A stretch of 64,000 bases of DNA from Lentisphaerota bacterium (GCA_016188985.1 JACPGM010000053.1:4290-68289), one strand, 5' to 3'. Positions 47,056 to 56,334 are shown, counted from the first letter of the stretch. Translations and numbers: made by a program. The notes: generated by a model not told the origin, from the letters alone.

Positions 47056-47772
47056 ATGAAACCCATGCTGCATGCCTTGATGGATATTGTCTTTCCGCGC
47101 TTCTGCGCCGGCTGCGGCCATGAAATCGGCGGGGTCTCCGGATATTTGTGCTGGGATTGCCAAACGCGCTTCGAGTGGATTCATCCGCCCTTTTGCGAGA
47201 TTTGCGGCGATCCGCTGGAAGGCGACGTGCCAATGCCGGTGGTTTGCGCGGGGTGCCGGCAAGGGCTTCCCGCCTTTGAGCGGGCCCGCTCGGTAGCGCG
47301 GTTCCGCGGCGTCTTGCGCGAGCTCTTGCATGATTTCAAGTATCGGGGGGCTACCTGGCTCAGCGGCGACCTGGTGGGACTGCTGCGGACTTGCTACGAA
47401 ATCTACTTTGCCCGGGCCGGTTTTGACACCGTGACCTACGTACCCTTGTATCCCGCGCGCGAGCGGGAACGCTCCTATAACCAGGCGCTGCTGCTGGCCC
47501 AGGGCCTGGCCGGCACCTGCCCGGGCCTGGCGCTGCGCGCGTGTTTACGGCGCATTCGGCCAACCCGCTCGCAAACCAATTTGACAGCCGCAGAGCGACT
47601 TGCTAACGTTAAAGACATGTTCGCGATCCGTTCGTCCCGGGACACGCAGGGCAAACGTATCCTGTTGATTGATGATGTCATGACCACCGGCGCGACGGTC
47701 AATGAATGCGCGCTCACCCTCAAAGAGGCCGGGGCCTCTCTGATCGGCGTGCTGACCGTAGGGCGCGGGTAG
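47056..47772 (+). CDS. ComF-family protein (phosphoribosyltransferase domain)
   Basis: N-terminal zinc fingers (CAGCG…CWDC…CEICG…CAGC) and C-terminal PRTase motif ILLIDDVMTTGATV. Confidence 0.75.
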   Translation: MKPMLHALMDIVFPRFCAGCGHEIGGVSGYLCWDCQTRFEWIHPPFCEICGDPLEGDVPMPVVCAGCRQGLPAFERARSVARFRGVLRELLHDFKYRGATWLSGDLVGLLRTCYEIYFARAGFDTVTYVPLYPARERERSYNQALLLAQGLAGTCPGLALRACLRRIRPTRSQTNLTAAERLANVKDMFAIRSSRDTQGKRILLIDDVMTTGATVNECALTLKEAGASLIGVLTVGRG

Positions 47773-47921
47773 TTGGAAGACAATGCAGAATGAAGAATGC
47801 AGAAACAGGCCGACGGACGCCAGAGGCCAGGCGCCAGATGTCGGAACTGATGTCGGAAATCAGCAATCCGTAATCCAAAATCCAAAATTAGAATAATCCG
47901 CAATCCGAAATCGAAACAATT

Positions 47922-48824
47922 ATGCGCTTATTCGTCCGCAAGAAATATACGGCCATCAAGGTCCAGAAAAAGGATTTGCCCAGCGGCTTGTGGGTAAAAT
48001 GCCAGGACTGCAACGAAATTGCCTATAAGCATGAAATAGATGCGCTCCAGGGTGTTTGCCCGAAATGCGGGTTTCATTTTCAGATTTTGCCTCAGGAGCG
48101 GCTCGCGCAGATGGTTGAAACAGGCTCATTCCAGGAATGGGATGCCGACCTGGTAAGCGCGGACCCGTTGGAATTCAACGGCCAGGTTTCTTATGTAGCC
48201 AAGTTGGCGGAGAACCGCCGGAAAGGCCCGCTCAAGGAGGCGGTCCTCTGCGGCCAGGGGCGCATGGGGCCGTTCACGGTGGCGCTGGGCATCATGGATT
48301 TCAATTTTCTGGGCGGCAGTATGGGCTCGGTGGTTGGCGAAAAAATCACCCGGCTGTTTGAGCGCGCCACCCGGCAACGTCTGGGGATCATCGTGGTCTG
48401 CGCCACGGGCGGCGCTCGGATGTACGAGGGGCTCTTCAGTCTGATGCAGATGGCCAAAACCAGCGCCGCCGTGGCGGCCCACGCCCAGGCCGCGCTGCCC
48501 TTCATTTCGGTATTGACCCATCCCTCCATGGCCGGGGTTATGGCCAGTTTTGCCACGCTGGGCGATGTCATCATTGCCGAGCCGAAGGCCCTCATCGGCT
48601 TTGCCGGCCCGCGGGTGATCAAGGAAACAACCCGCGAAGATATCCCCAAAGGATTTCAACGGTCGGAGTTTGTCCTCAAACATGGTCTTATTGATATGAT
48701 TGTTCCGCGCAAGGACTTGACCAGCACCCTGATCCGTCTGCTGGGTTACATGCTGCCCTTGGTAGAAGAAAAAGCAAACATTCAACATCCAACTCCGAAC
48801 AGCACAAGTCCAAACCAAGGATAG
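47922..48824 (+). CDS. accD: acetyl-CoA carboxylase carboxyltransferase subunit beta
   Basis: N-terminal zinc ribbon (CQDCNE…CPKCGFHF) and carboxyltransferase domain (…FNFLGGSMGSVVGEKI…). Confidence 0.9.
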   Translation: MRLFVRKKYTAIKVQKKDLPSGLWVKCQDCNEIAYKHEIDALQGVCPKCGFHFQILPQERLAQMVETGSFQEWDADLVSADPLEFNGQVSYVAKLAENRRKGPLKEAVLCGQGRMGPFTVALGIMDFNFLGGSMGSVVGEKITRLFERATRQRLGIIVVCATGGARMYEGLFSLMQMAKTSAAVAAHAQAALPFISVLTHPSMAGVMASFATLGDVIIAEPKALIGFAGPRVIKETTREDIPKGFQRSEFVLKHGLIDMIVPRKDLTSTLIRLLGYMLPLVEEKANIQHPTPNSTSPNQG

Positions 48825-49006
48825 AGTTCAGTGCTGGTCGCGGCGCGCCAGCTGTCGTCAAGCGATTATGTCCGGTACAACAGTCGACACCCTTTCCACA
48901 ATACAAACTATTTTTCGAGTTTTTCTTATTGTTTGCTACACGGCAGTATCACATCCTGCCGTTTGAAGTGTTGATTAATATCATGTTGGACAGCAGGAAG
49001 TAACCG

Positions 49007-49561
49007 ATGGTTTGGAGTAATCAACAGAATATTCGCTCGCGATCGTTCACTTGCGGCTACTGTGGCAACGTTGTCGCGTCCGGTGTTGGCTTTCTTCACC
49101 ACAATGACCTGGACAAACGCGTACACATCTGCCCACATTGTGATGAGCCGTCGTACATCACAAGCAAGAAGCAGGTTCCGGGTGTTGCGCCTGGCAATGA
49201 GATAGCGGCCCTTCCCGACGACATCGAGGCCCTTTACAAGGAGGCGCGCAACAGCGTCGCTGCGTCCGCCCACACAGGCGCCGTGCTGTTGTGCCGCAAG
49301 ATACTGATGAACACTGCGGTCTCGCAAGGTGCGCCTCAGAATCAGTCATTCCTCGACTATGTTCAGTACCTGGCCGATAACGGATATGTCCCACCAAAGG
49401 GCAAGGGCTGGGTAGACCATATCCGGAAGAAGGGAAACGAGGCTACACACGAGATCAAAGCCATGGGCAAGACCGACTCAGAGGAGCTCATTCTCTTTGT
49501 TGAGATGCTGTTGAAGTTCATTTATGAGTTTCCGAGTAAGATTCCTGCGAACAAGCCATGA
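49007..49561 (+). CDS. zinc-ribbon + DUF4145 domain protein
   Basis: N-terminal CGYCGN…CPHCDE zinc ribbon. C-terminal region (…EALYKEARNSVAASAHTGAVLLCRKIL…IRKKGNEATHEI…) fits DUF4145. Convergent with the Dam-like methylase. Confidence 0.5.
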   Translation: MVWSNQQNIRSRSFTCGYCGNVVASGVGFLHHNDLDKRVHICPHCDEPSYITSKKQVPGVAPGNEIAALPDDIEALYKEARNSVAASAHTGAVLLCRKILMNTAVSQGAPQNQSFLDYVQYLADNGYVPPKGKGWVDHIRKKGNEATHEIKAMGKTDSEELILFVEMLLKFIYEFPSKIPANKP

Positions 49562-49630
49562 CCTGCTGCCTAACAACGGCTTGCAGCGGAGGCCGCCGCG
49601 GCAGAAACCGTGTCGAGTAAGGCCGGAGGA

Positions 49631-50569
49631 TCAATATGTGAGGAGGAGGCGATCATGGACGACCTCATCCTCAAGCGATTCGCCCTCTCTCTGAAAACGC
49701 CGCAGCATGCTTCTGCCGCAATCCAAGAACACTTCTCGCTCAAATAGACCGTCCGGGATTCCCAGTTTACAGTCCACGCGACCGGATTTCTTTTTGCCGT
49801 CAATACTTAGGGCAACCCGAACACCGCGTGTCTTGCAGTAGGCAATGGCGCGCATCAACCGCTGCAAAGAGAAGTCTTGCCCCCGGTACAAGATTGCCTG
49901 ACTACAGACATAGGGCGGGTCGCAGTACACAAGATCTCTCTCCTTGGCCAGAGACATAGCCTCTTCAAAGTCCATCTGCCGGAAGTCCGCCCCTGCCGTC
50001 CGCCGCAGCCATATGTCAACACGCTGCGCGAATGATCCCGGCGCGATAGGGTCGTGAATGCCGCATGGCGTCGAAATGTACCCATCGCTCTTGCGAAACC
50101 GGACAACCCCTCCGTAGCAACTCCGGCAAATGAACAAGAGATCAGGGCCATTCGGCTTGGCGTTGTAGTTTGCCTTTATCTGCTCGTATCCAGCCGGTTT
50201 GCCTAATTCTCGGAATTCGGTGTACCGACTTCTGTACCACTCCGCGAGTTGGTTGGGGGAATCGTGAAGACACCGCCAAATCTCCATGAGCGGGCCGCAG
50301 ATATCGGAACCCACGGCAGCCGGAGGCTGAAGTGCTGCAAGAACGGCCCCACTTCCCAGGAACGGCTCCCGATATGTGTGAATGTCTGTCGGGAAAAACG
50401 ACGCTATCTTGTGAGCAAACCGTTGCTTGTTCCCTATCCACTTTAGAAGCTGGGTCTTGAACGGAGCCACGTGCTGGAACTCAGTTCCGTAGAACAGATC
50501 GAGAGTATCTTCTTCTTTGACTTTCATGACGTGCCTACAATATCCCGATTTGGGATTATTGTCAACCAT
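49631..50569 (-). CDS. DNA adenine methyltransferase (Dam/D12 class, N6-adenine)
   Basis: Motif I-like …LLKWIGNKQRFAHKIASFF…YREPFLGSGAVL… and motif IV YCDPPY. Alternative start at MKVKEED (50527). Confidence 0.8.
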   Translation of the reverse strand: MVDNNPKSGYCRHVMKVKEEDTLDLFYGTEFQHVAPFKTQLLKWIGNKQRFAHKIASFFPTDIHTYREPFLGSGAVLAALQPPAAVGSDICGPLMEIWRCLHDSPNQLAEWYRSRYTEFRELGKPAGYEQIKANYNAKPNGPDLLFICRSCYGGVVRFRKSDGYISTPCGIHDPIAPGSFAQRVDIWLRRTAGADFRQMDFEEAMSLAKERDLVYCDPPYVCSQAILYRGQDFSLQRLMRAIAYCKTRGVRVALSIDGKKKSGRVDCKLGIPDGLFEREVFLDCGRSMLRRFQREGESLEDEVVHDRLLLTY

Positions 50570-50586
50570 ATTATATACTCCCTCAC

Positions 50587-50832
50587 GTGAAACACAACAG
50601 GTATGCGGCTAACGAGGAACATCTGCGGAGCTTGCTCCGGCAGAAACGAATACAGTGTGGCTTGACACAGGCCGCACTGGCGATTGTTCTTCGGAAACCC
50701 CAGTCCTTCGTAAGCAAGTACGAATCAGGGGAACGGCTTCTGTCGTTTGTCGAAACCATCGACGTCTGCCGAGCGCTGAACATCGACCCACGAACACTTC
50801 TCAAGGAGTATCTGCCACATCATGATGCCTGA
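50587..50832 (+). CDS. XRE-family HTH transcriptional regulator (RM controller C-protein candidate)
   Basis: 81 aa; HTH …LRQKRIQCGLTQAALAIVLRKPQSFVSKYESGER… Divergent from the methylase gene; overlaps the start of the downstream candidate endonuclease by 11 nt. Confidence 0.6.
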   Translation: MKHNRYAANEEHLRSLLRQKRIQCGLTQAALAIVLRKPQSFVSKYESGERLLSFVETIDVCRALNIDPRTLLKEYLPHHDA

Positions 50833-51655
50833 CAAGAGATTTGTTGGCCTGCCGAAGCGGTTTTGGGCACTTGTCCGCCTGAGCGGACAGGAGTGCGGTT
50901 ATGCGAGTCAAGGCCAGATTACCATCCCAACGCGAGAAGCCGTGGCAGATGCCCTCACAACATTGGGACTGGTGCCCTCTGCCCTGGACACGCCTTTGCG
51001 GGGTGGTGGCACATGGAAGACACTCCTCGATTACTTCACGTTTCGGCGGGACCTGCTCCACCAGCATGTGGAACCCAACCTCATGGACGCTCCGCAGGCC
51101 AAGAAGGAGTTCGCCCGCCTCAAGCGCGAGTTGAAGCCGAGATGCCCGCTTCCTATGAACAAGCAGAAGGGGACAAAGAGGGCTCCCGCGTACCTGACTG
51201 GTATCGTAAACATGCTGATCGAGGCGAACGCTGCAGGCAAGCCGTGCGACTACGATCCGCGTGCGCTTACCACGGTTGCGGTCAACAGCGCGCCATTGCG
51301 CACTTTTGCACGCCGCATGGATGGCGCTTTTCCTTCTGTCATCAACCCAATCGCCGTGTGGGAAGTGAAAGAGTACTACTACACCACGACCTTCGGCAGC
51401 CGCGTAGCAGACGGTGTCTACGAGACGCTGCTCGACGGAATGGAGATCGAAGAACTCGTAGTGTCTGAGAAAGTTAACGTCCTTCACTACCTCATGATCG
51501 ACGCACGGTACACATGGTGGGACTGCGGGAAGTCGTACCTCTGCCGGGTGATCGACATGCTCCACATGGGCTACGTCGATGAAGTCCTTGTCGGCCGGGA
51601 AGTCCTCGCGCGTCTGCCAGTTCTTGTGAAGAAATGGACACGGAAGATGGCCTAA
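50822..51655 (+). CDS. putative type II restriction endonuclease (PD-(D/E)xK; DpnII/MboI-size)
   Basis: 277 aa; candidate catalytic motif …PIAVWEVKEYYYTTTFGSRVADGVYE… (E-x-K). Genomic context: Dam-like methylase + C-protein. Family assignment not verified. Confidence 0.4.
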   Translation: MMPDKRFVGLPKRFWALVRLSGQECGYASQGQITIPTREAVADALTTLGLVPSALDTPLRGGGTWKTLLDYFTFRRDLLHQHVEPNLMDAPQAKKEFARLKRELKPRCPLPMNKQKGTKRAPAYLTGIVNMLIEANAAGKPCDYDPRALTTVAVNSAPLRTFARRMDGAFPSVINPIAVWEVKEYYYTTTFGSRVADGVYETLLDGMEIEELVVSEKVNVLHYLMIDARYTWWDCGKSYLCRVIDMLHMGYVDEVLVGREVLARLPVLVKKWTRKMA

Positions 51656-51746
51656 CCAGCGCCTCAACCTTACGTTTTTACCTGGGCGGCAAAAACGACA
51701 GTGAGGCGTAACGATTAGCTGTTTACTTCTCCCCGTCTTTAAGAGC

Positions 51747-53063
51747 ATGACCAGCTTATCAGACTCGCTTTCCCGCCTGTATCGGCTGCATGCCGCCGGC
51801 ATCAAGTTGGGCCTGGATACCGAACGGGCACTGCTGGAGCTGTTGGGCCATCCGGAGCAAGGGCTGCGCTTTGTCCATGTGGCGGGCACTAACGGCAAGG
51901 GCTCGGTCTGCAGCATGCTGGAAGCGGTGCTGCGTTGTTCCGGGCTGAAAACCGGCCTCTATACCTCGCCGCATCTGGTGCGGTTCAATGAGCGCATCCG
52001 GATCAATGGGCAATGCATCGCGGACGAGGCGCTGGATAGACTCATCACGGAGGTTGAGCAACAGGCCCGGGCGCTGACCGCTCGGCCGGGAAGCACGGAA
52101 ATCACCTTCTTCGAGTTCACTACCGCTCTGGCCTTTGAGTGTTTCCGGCGGGAAAATGTTGAGATCGTTGTCCTGGAGACGGGCATGGGCGGGCGGCTTG
52201 ATGCCACCAACGTCATCACCCCGCTGGTTTCTGTTATCACCGGAGTTAGTCTTGAGCATACCGACTATCTCGGCAAAGACCTGAGCGCCATTGCCCTGGA
52301 AAAGGCGGGCATTATCAAGCCGGGCGTGCCGGTTGTCATTGGCGCGCTGACGGAAGAAATTCTGCCGGTTATCCAAAGCCTGGCCCGCGAGCGGCACGCC
52401 CGCCTGGTTCAGGCTGGTGAAGTCGTTTCGGTCCGGCGCAAATCGCAAAACCTCGATGGCCAACGCTGCCGGGTGGAATCGGCCGGCGCTTCGTATGGCG
52501 AGCTCTTTTGCCCGTTGCTCGGCCGGCATCAGCTTGAAAACCTGGGCGTGGCCGTGGCCGTCTTGGAAATCCTGAGGGATGAGTACGGACTGCCGGTGAC
52601 GGAACGAGCAGTGAAGGAGGGCATAAAGCGTGTGCGCTGGCCGGGCCGCTGCCAGGTGCTGGCGAATGAGCCCTTGACGGTCCTGGATGGCGCCCATAAT
52701 CCCGAAGGCGCGCGGATTCTGAACCAGGCATTGCGCGAATTGGCCGGGAATAAGCCTTGGGGACTGGTGCTGGGCATGTGCGCGGACAAGGACGTGAATG
52801 GTTTTTTGCGCGCTTTCAAGGGCAGAATCAAGCGCGTATGGACTGTGCCGCTTAATACTGAGCGCAACTTGTCGCCTGCCGCTATCGCCAAGCGGGCAGG
52901 CATATTGGGGTGCCCGGTCAAAACCGCTGCCGTTTCAGAGGCATTACGCGAGGCTGCGGCCTGGGCCAAAGACAATGGTGGCGTAGTCTGTATTACCGGC
53001 TCGCTCTACCTGGTGGGCGAAGTTCTAGAAAAGCGCGGCGCGATTGATCACCTCTTTGAATAA
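51747..53063 (+). CDS. folC: bifunctional folylpolyglutamate synthase / dihydrofolate synthase
   Basis: Mur-ligase-family P-loop VHVAGTNGKGS; 438 aa FolC architecture. Confidence 0.9.
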   Translation: MTSLSDSLSRLYRLHAAGIKLGLDTERALLELLGHPEQGLRFVHVAGTNGKGSVCSMLEAVLRCSGLKTGLYTSPHLVRFNERIRINGQCIADEALDRLITEVEQQARALTARPGSTEITFFEFTTALAFECFRRENVEIVVLETGMGGRLDATNVITPLVSVITGVSLEHTDYLGKDLSAIALEKAGIIKPGVPVVIGALTEEILPVIQSLARERHARLVQAGEVVSVRRKSQNLDGQRCRVESAGASYGELFCPLLGRHQLENLGVAVAVLEILRDEYGLPVTERAVKEGIKRVRWPGRCQVLANEPLTVLDGAHNPEGARILNQALRELAGNKPWGLVLGMCADKDVNGFLRAFKGRIKRVWTVPLNTERNLSPAAIAKRAGILGCPVKTAAVSEALREAAAWAKDNGGVVCITGSLYLVGEVLEKRGAIDHLFE

Positions 53064-53165
53064 AACTTGGTTTTTCGTAACTGTTCAGGCACCATATCGG
53101 AAGTTGCCTGTCCTGTTCAGGCCAGGGACATTTTTACCACGGATATCCTGGGGGCACTGATTTCT

Positions 53166-53230
53166 GTCATTCCCATGAAAATGGGAATCCAGTTTCGCAT
53201 TTTCTGGATTCCCGCTTCCGTGGGAATGAC
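53166..53230. mobile_element. MITE-like repeat family B, short copy
   Basis: gtcattcccatgaaaatgggaatccagtttcgcattttctggattcccgcttccgtgggaatgac. Nested inverted repeats with gtcattccc/gggaatgac termini. Confidence 0.5.
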
Positions 53231-53292
53231 AATCACGCTTCTTATCCGTGCCATCCGTGTAATCAGTGGTGAGTAGTTGCTTTTCTTTAATG

Positions 53293-53376
53293 CGCCGGGG
53301 TGGCGAAATGGCAGACGCGCCGGACTCAAAATCCGGTGGTGGCAACACCATGAGGGTTCAAGTCCCTCCTCCGGCA
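53293..53376 (+). tRNA. tRNA-Leu (anticodon CAA)
   Basis: Cloverleaf: acceptor gccgggg/ctccggc (one G-U pair), D-arm tggcgaaatggcagacgc, anticodon stem-loop gccggaCTCAAAAtccggt (anticodon CAA), long variable arm ggtggcaacaccatgag, T-arm gaggGTTCAAGTccctc, discriminator A; CCA not encoded. Confidence 0.85.
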
Positions 53377-53390
53377 CTATTTATTATTGC

Positions 53391-53460
53391 GTGGTGGCAA
53401 CACCATGAGGGTTCCCCGCCGGAGGCTGGTCCGCCTAAGGCGGAAAGTCCCTCCTCCGGC
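53391..53460 (+). repeat. partial duplicate of tRNA-Leu 3' half interrupted by a ggcgga…ccgcc-type repeat
   Basis: ggtggcaacaccatgagggtt[ccccgccggaggctggtccgcctaaggcggaa]agtccctcctccggcact, i.e. the variable arm + T-arm + acceptor 3' strand of the upstream tRNA with a ~30-bp insert replacing the T-loop. Confidence 0.6.
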
Positions 53461-53539
53461 ACTCAGTCTCTGATGGGTTCTTGCTCTTACGGTAAGTCCG
53501 ATCTAAGGCGGGCTAAAGCCCTCAACCCAATTCATTGAC

Positions 53540-53650
53540 AACTACGAAATGCGCGAATGGACGCGAAACAATTTTTAATGGGCTTATTTCGTGTTTTTAG
53601 CGTGTTTCGTAGTTTCCGCCTGTGCGGATCCGCCGGGGCGGAAATTTTCT
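53540..53650. mobile_element. MITE-like repeat family A, copy 3
   Basis: aactacgaaatgcgcgaatggacgcgaaa…gcgtgtttcgtagtttccgcctgtgcggatccgccggggcggaaa. Confidence 0.6.
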
Positions 53651-53680
53651 TGTTTTTTGTGACGGTTTTGCGTGTATCAG

Positions 53681-54766
53681 CTAACCGAGGGTCTTGGTCA
53701 CTTTGGCCAACTGCTTCATAATCGGCAGATTGTTCGGGCATTTCGGTTCGCACTTGCCGCACTGTATGCATGCGTCAGCACGCTTGCCAGCTTCCTTCGC
53801 CGCATACTGTGCCCGGGCCCAGTCCGTCATGCCGTAGACCTTGCCCAGGTTGTAGAGATGGAAGTTGCCGGGGATATCCACTCCCTGCGGGCACTCCTTG
53901 CAATAGCCGCACATAGTGCAGAACCTCTCGCCCAGCGAGTGGAGCTCGTCCAGTATCGCGTCCATTCGCCGGAAGTCTTCGGCATTGGCGCCGTGGAAGT
54001 TGTTCGCCGTCTCCAAGTTCTCGCGCAGCATCTCCAGCGTATTCATGCCGGAGCAGGCGGTGCTGATATCCGGGTTCGTCAGCACGAATCTCAGTGCCGC
54101 GTCGGCGGTGGTCTTCGCGCCGCCGGAGATGAATTGCTGCAACTGAGGCGAAGGACTGGCAAGCATCCCGCCCGCCACCGGGCACATGGCAATCACACCC
54201 ACGCCCAGTGCGCCCGCGCGTTTGATGGTCGGCGCGTAGGCGCGGTTCAGCATGTTGTAGGGCACAGTAAAGCTGTCGAATATGCCCGTCTCGATGCACT
54301 TGGTGAAGTTTTCCGGCAAATCATGCCCGGTGAACCCGATGTGGCCGATGAGGCCCTCGCTTCGGGCCTTATCCAACGCCTCCAGCGCGCCACCCTTCTT
54401 CGTCAGAAACTCCATCATTGCCAGGCTGAACCATCCGACCTGGTAGAACTCCAGATAGTCCACGCCCAGAATCTGCATCTGCAGGTCTATCTCCGCGCGG
54501 TAGCTGTCGGCAGTGGTCTCAGCGTTGATTCCCGTCTTGCCGGAGACTATCAGACCACGGCTGCGGCCCTTCAGCCCGGGCGCAGTCAGGTGCTGGCACT
54601 TGCCGGCAATGTACCCCCGGGTGGTCTCGAAATAGTTGACTCCGGCGGCAATCGCCGTGTCCACGATCTGCTCCGCCAATTCCGGGTTGTTCGGATCAAA
54701 GCGCATGCATCCCAGCGCGAGCGCCGAAACCTTCAGTCCTGTCTTTCCCAAATTACGATACTGCAT
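53681..54766 (-). CDS. aldo/keto reductase fused to C-terminal 2x[4Fe-4S] ferredoxin domain
   Basis: AKR N-terminus MQYRNLGKTGLKVSALALGCMRF; C-terminal CTMCGYCKECP and CIQCGKCEPKCP cluster motifs. Start at ATG 54766. Confidence 0.75.
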   Translation of the reverse strand: MQYRNLGKTGLKVSALALGCMRFDPNNPELAEQIVDTAIAAGVNYFETTRGYIAGKCQHLTAPGLKGRSRGLIVSGKTGINAETTADSYRAEIDLQMQILGVDYLEFYQVGWFSLAMMEFLTKKGGALEALDKARSEGLIGHIGFTGHDLPENFTKCIETGIFDSFTVPYNMLNRAYAPTIKRAGALGVGVIAMCPVAGGMLASPSPQLQQFISGGAKTTADAALRFVLTNPDISTACSGMNTLEMLRENLETANNFHGANAEDFRRMDAILDELHSLGERFCTMCGYCKECPQGVDIPGNFHLYNLGKVYGMTDWARAQYAAKEAGKRADACIQCGKCEPKCPNNLPIMKQLAKVTKTLG

Positions 54767-54844
54767 TTGTGTTGCCTTGCTGTTTCGTCGCGAGTGTGCC
54801 GCACCCGGTTGTCTGGACACTGGTTTGCATTATGCCGCTACGGG

Positions 54845-55405
54845 TCAGCCTGATCTTGGTTCTGCCGCGAGCCATTGTCCGGCGAGTTCAAGGATCTGCA
54901 ATTTTGTCTGAAGATTTTGACGTCGAACGGGAATCATGTCCACAACATCGAGCCCACAAGTGGTCATCACTTTTTCCAGACTAACACAGCATGCCGGCGC
55001 GCCCCCGCCGCCGCCGCCGGCTACACACACGCCAATCGCGGGTTTCCCCTTTATAGACACACGGCCGGCCGCGTGTGTGCATATTCGGCGCAAGCGATCA
55101 GCGAATGCGCGCAGACTCTCGCTCAGGTCTGAATAATAAACCGGCGTAGCAAAAACTATAGCGTCGGCCTGTCTTATCTTTTCGACCAGGCCGCTCAGGT
55201 CGTCATCAATGACACAACGTCCCTCTTTCCGGCATAAACCCCAGCCATTATCGTCACATTGACGACAACGCTCGACCTTAAGCGTGGGTAGAAATACCTG
55301 TTCTGCCGAGGCCCCGGCCTTCGCCAAACCTTTCCGCACGGCATCAGCAGCCAGGGCCGTCTGACCATTCGGATTTCTGCTCCCGCATATCAATATAGTT
55401 TGCAT
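54845..55405 (-). CDS. flavodoxin-like fold protein (NADPH-dependent FMN reductase / iron-sulfur flavoprotein-like)
   Basis: MQTILICGSRNPNGQTA… N-terminus; flavodoxin-like pattern; C-rich segment …RCRQCDDNGWGLC…; ggagg RBS 6 nt upstream of 55405. Confidence 0.55.
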   Translation of the reverse strand: MQTILICGSRNPNGQTALAADAVRKGLAKAGASAEQVFLPTLKVERCRQCDDNGWGLCRKEGRCVIDDDLSGLVEKIRQADAIVFATPVYYSDLSESLRAFADRLRRICTHAAGRVSIKGKPAIGVCVAGGGGGGAPACCVSLEKVMTTCGLDVVDMIPVRRQNLQTKLQILELAGQWLAAEPRSG

Positions 55406-55837
55406 TCGTGCCTCCAGGTCTGTTCGCATCCCAACGAATAGACGTTTTATTCCTCAGTGCGGCGAATATAGCACGGTAGGATTGGGCGACAAGCCGATGA
55501 TATATATATTATCCTTACGGCCAACTAATGGGGTTTTAATTTATAGCTTTTTATCAAGTGTGCCGCGAGCATACAAGGACGGCCGAGATGGGACAGGCGC
55601 AAATTGAGCGGCATCCAAATCCTGATCATTACACCTGAAATACCTGCGCTGTCGTGATGCGAAAATGTATGTTGACGTTTACAGACACTTCATATTAGGT
55701 ATCCCTATATGCAACAAATAGGGATAGTCAGATATGATTACTTGTGATGATCTGCTGGAGCAGTCTGTCGCCTGGCCGACCGGGAGATAGCCTCCTCTTC
55801 ATGACCCACGCATATCACTCTGCGCTGTTCGTAGCCC

Positions 55838-56027
55838 CTCAGTCTTGTGGGCTTATTGTCATTCCCGACCTGATGCTACTCTGCGAAGTTCCGCCATAGC
55901 GGATCCGCCTTCTGGCGGAAAGCCTCCCTGCTCTGCGAAGCCGCTACGCAGGGCGTAGAAGAGTCGCTACGAAGCACGAGGGGAATGACAGTGTTGATGT
56001 TCACGACCTACCCACAAGACTGAGGCC
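55838..56027. mobile_element. composite MITE: family B element (gtcattccc…gggaatgac) nested inside outer inverted repeats agtcttgtggg…cccacaagact
   Basis: cctcagtcttgtgggcttattgtcattcccgacc…ccgccatagcggatccgccttctggcggaa…gaggggaatgacagtg…cccacaagactgaggcc. The outer motif cccacaagactgaggcc recurs at ~61040-61057. Confidence 0.5.
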
Positions 56028-56115
56028 TTACCGCTGTTCAACGAAAGATATTGACGCAGGCAAAGAGACGGTGGTAATCTAAAAATCAAATGCGGGGAAA
56101 TACGGAGGATATGAC

Positions 56116-56334
56116 ATGACAGCACTATTGGAGCAAGTCTTTAAAAAGGCGTCTGCTCTTCCCGCGGACATTCAGGACATCTTGGCAGCCGAATTTCTCC
56201 AAGAAATCGAATGGGAATCACAGTGGGACGCCACTCTGAAAAAAACGCAGGATGCGTTAGGCAAACTGACGATGGCCGCAATGGCAGAACACAAAAATGG
56301 CAAGACCGAGGAAATGGGATTTGACGAATTGTGA
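56116..56334 (+). CDS. putative antitoxin of a RelE/ParE-type TA pair
   Basis: 72-aa acidic protein, 4-nt overlap (gtga/atga) with the downstream RelE/ParE-like gene. Confidence 0.45.
   Translation: MTALLEQVFKKASALPADIQDILAAEFLQEIEWESQWDATLKKTQDALGKLTMAAMAEHKNGKTEEMGFDEL

Noticed and set aside
53672-54853. 393-aa ORF on + strand
   Set aside because: Antisense to the AKR–ferredoxin gene, whose frame shows clear AKR and 4Fe-4S motifs.
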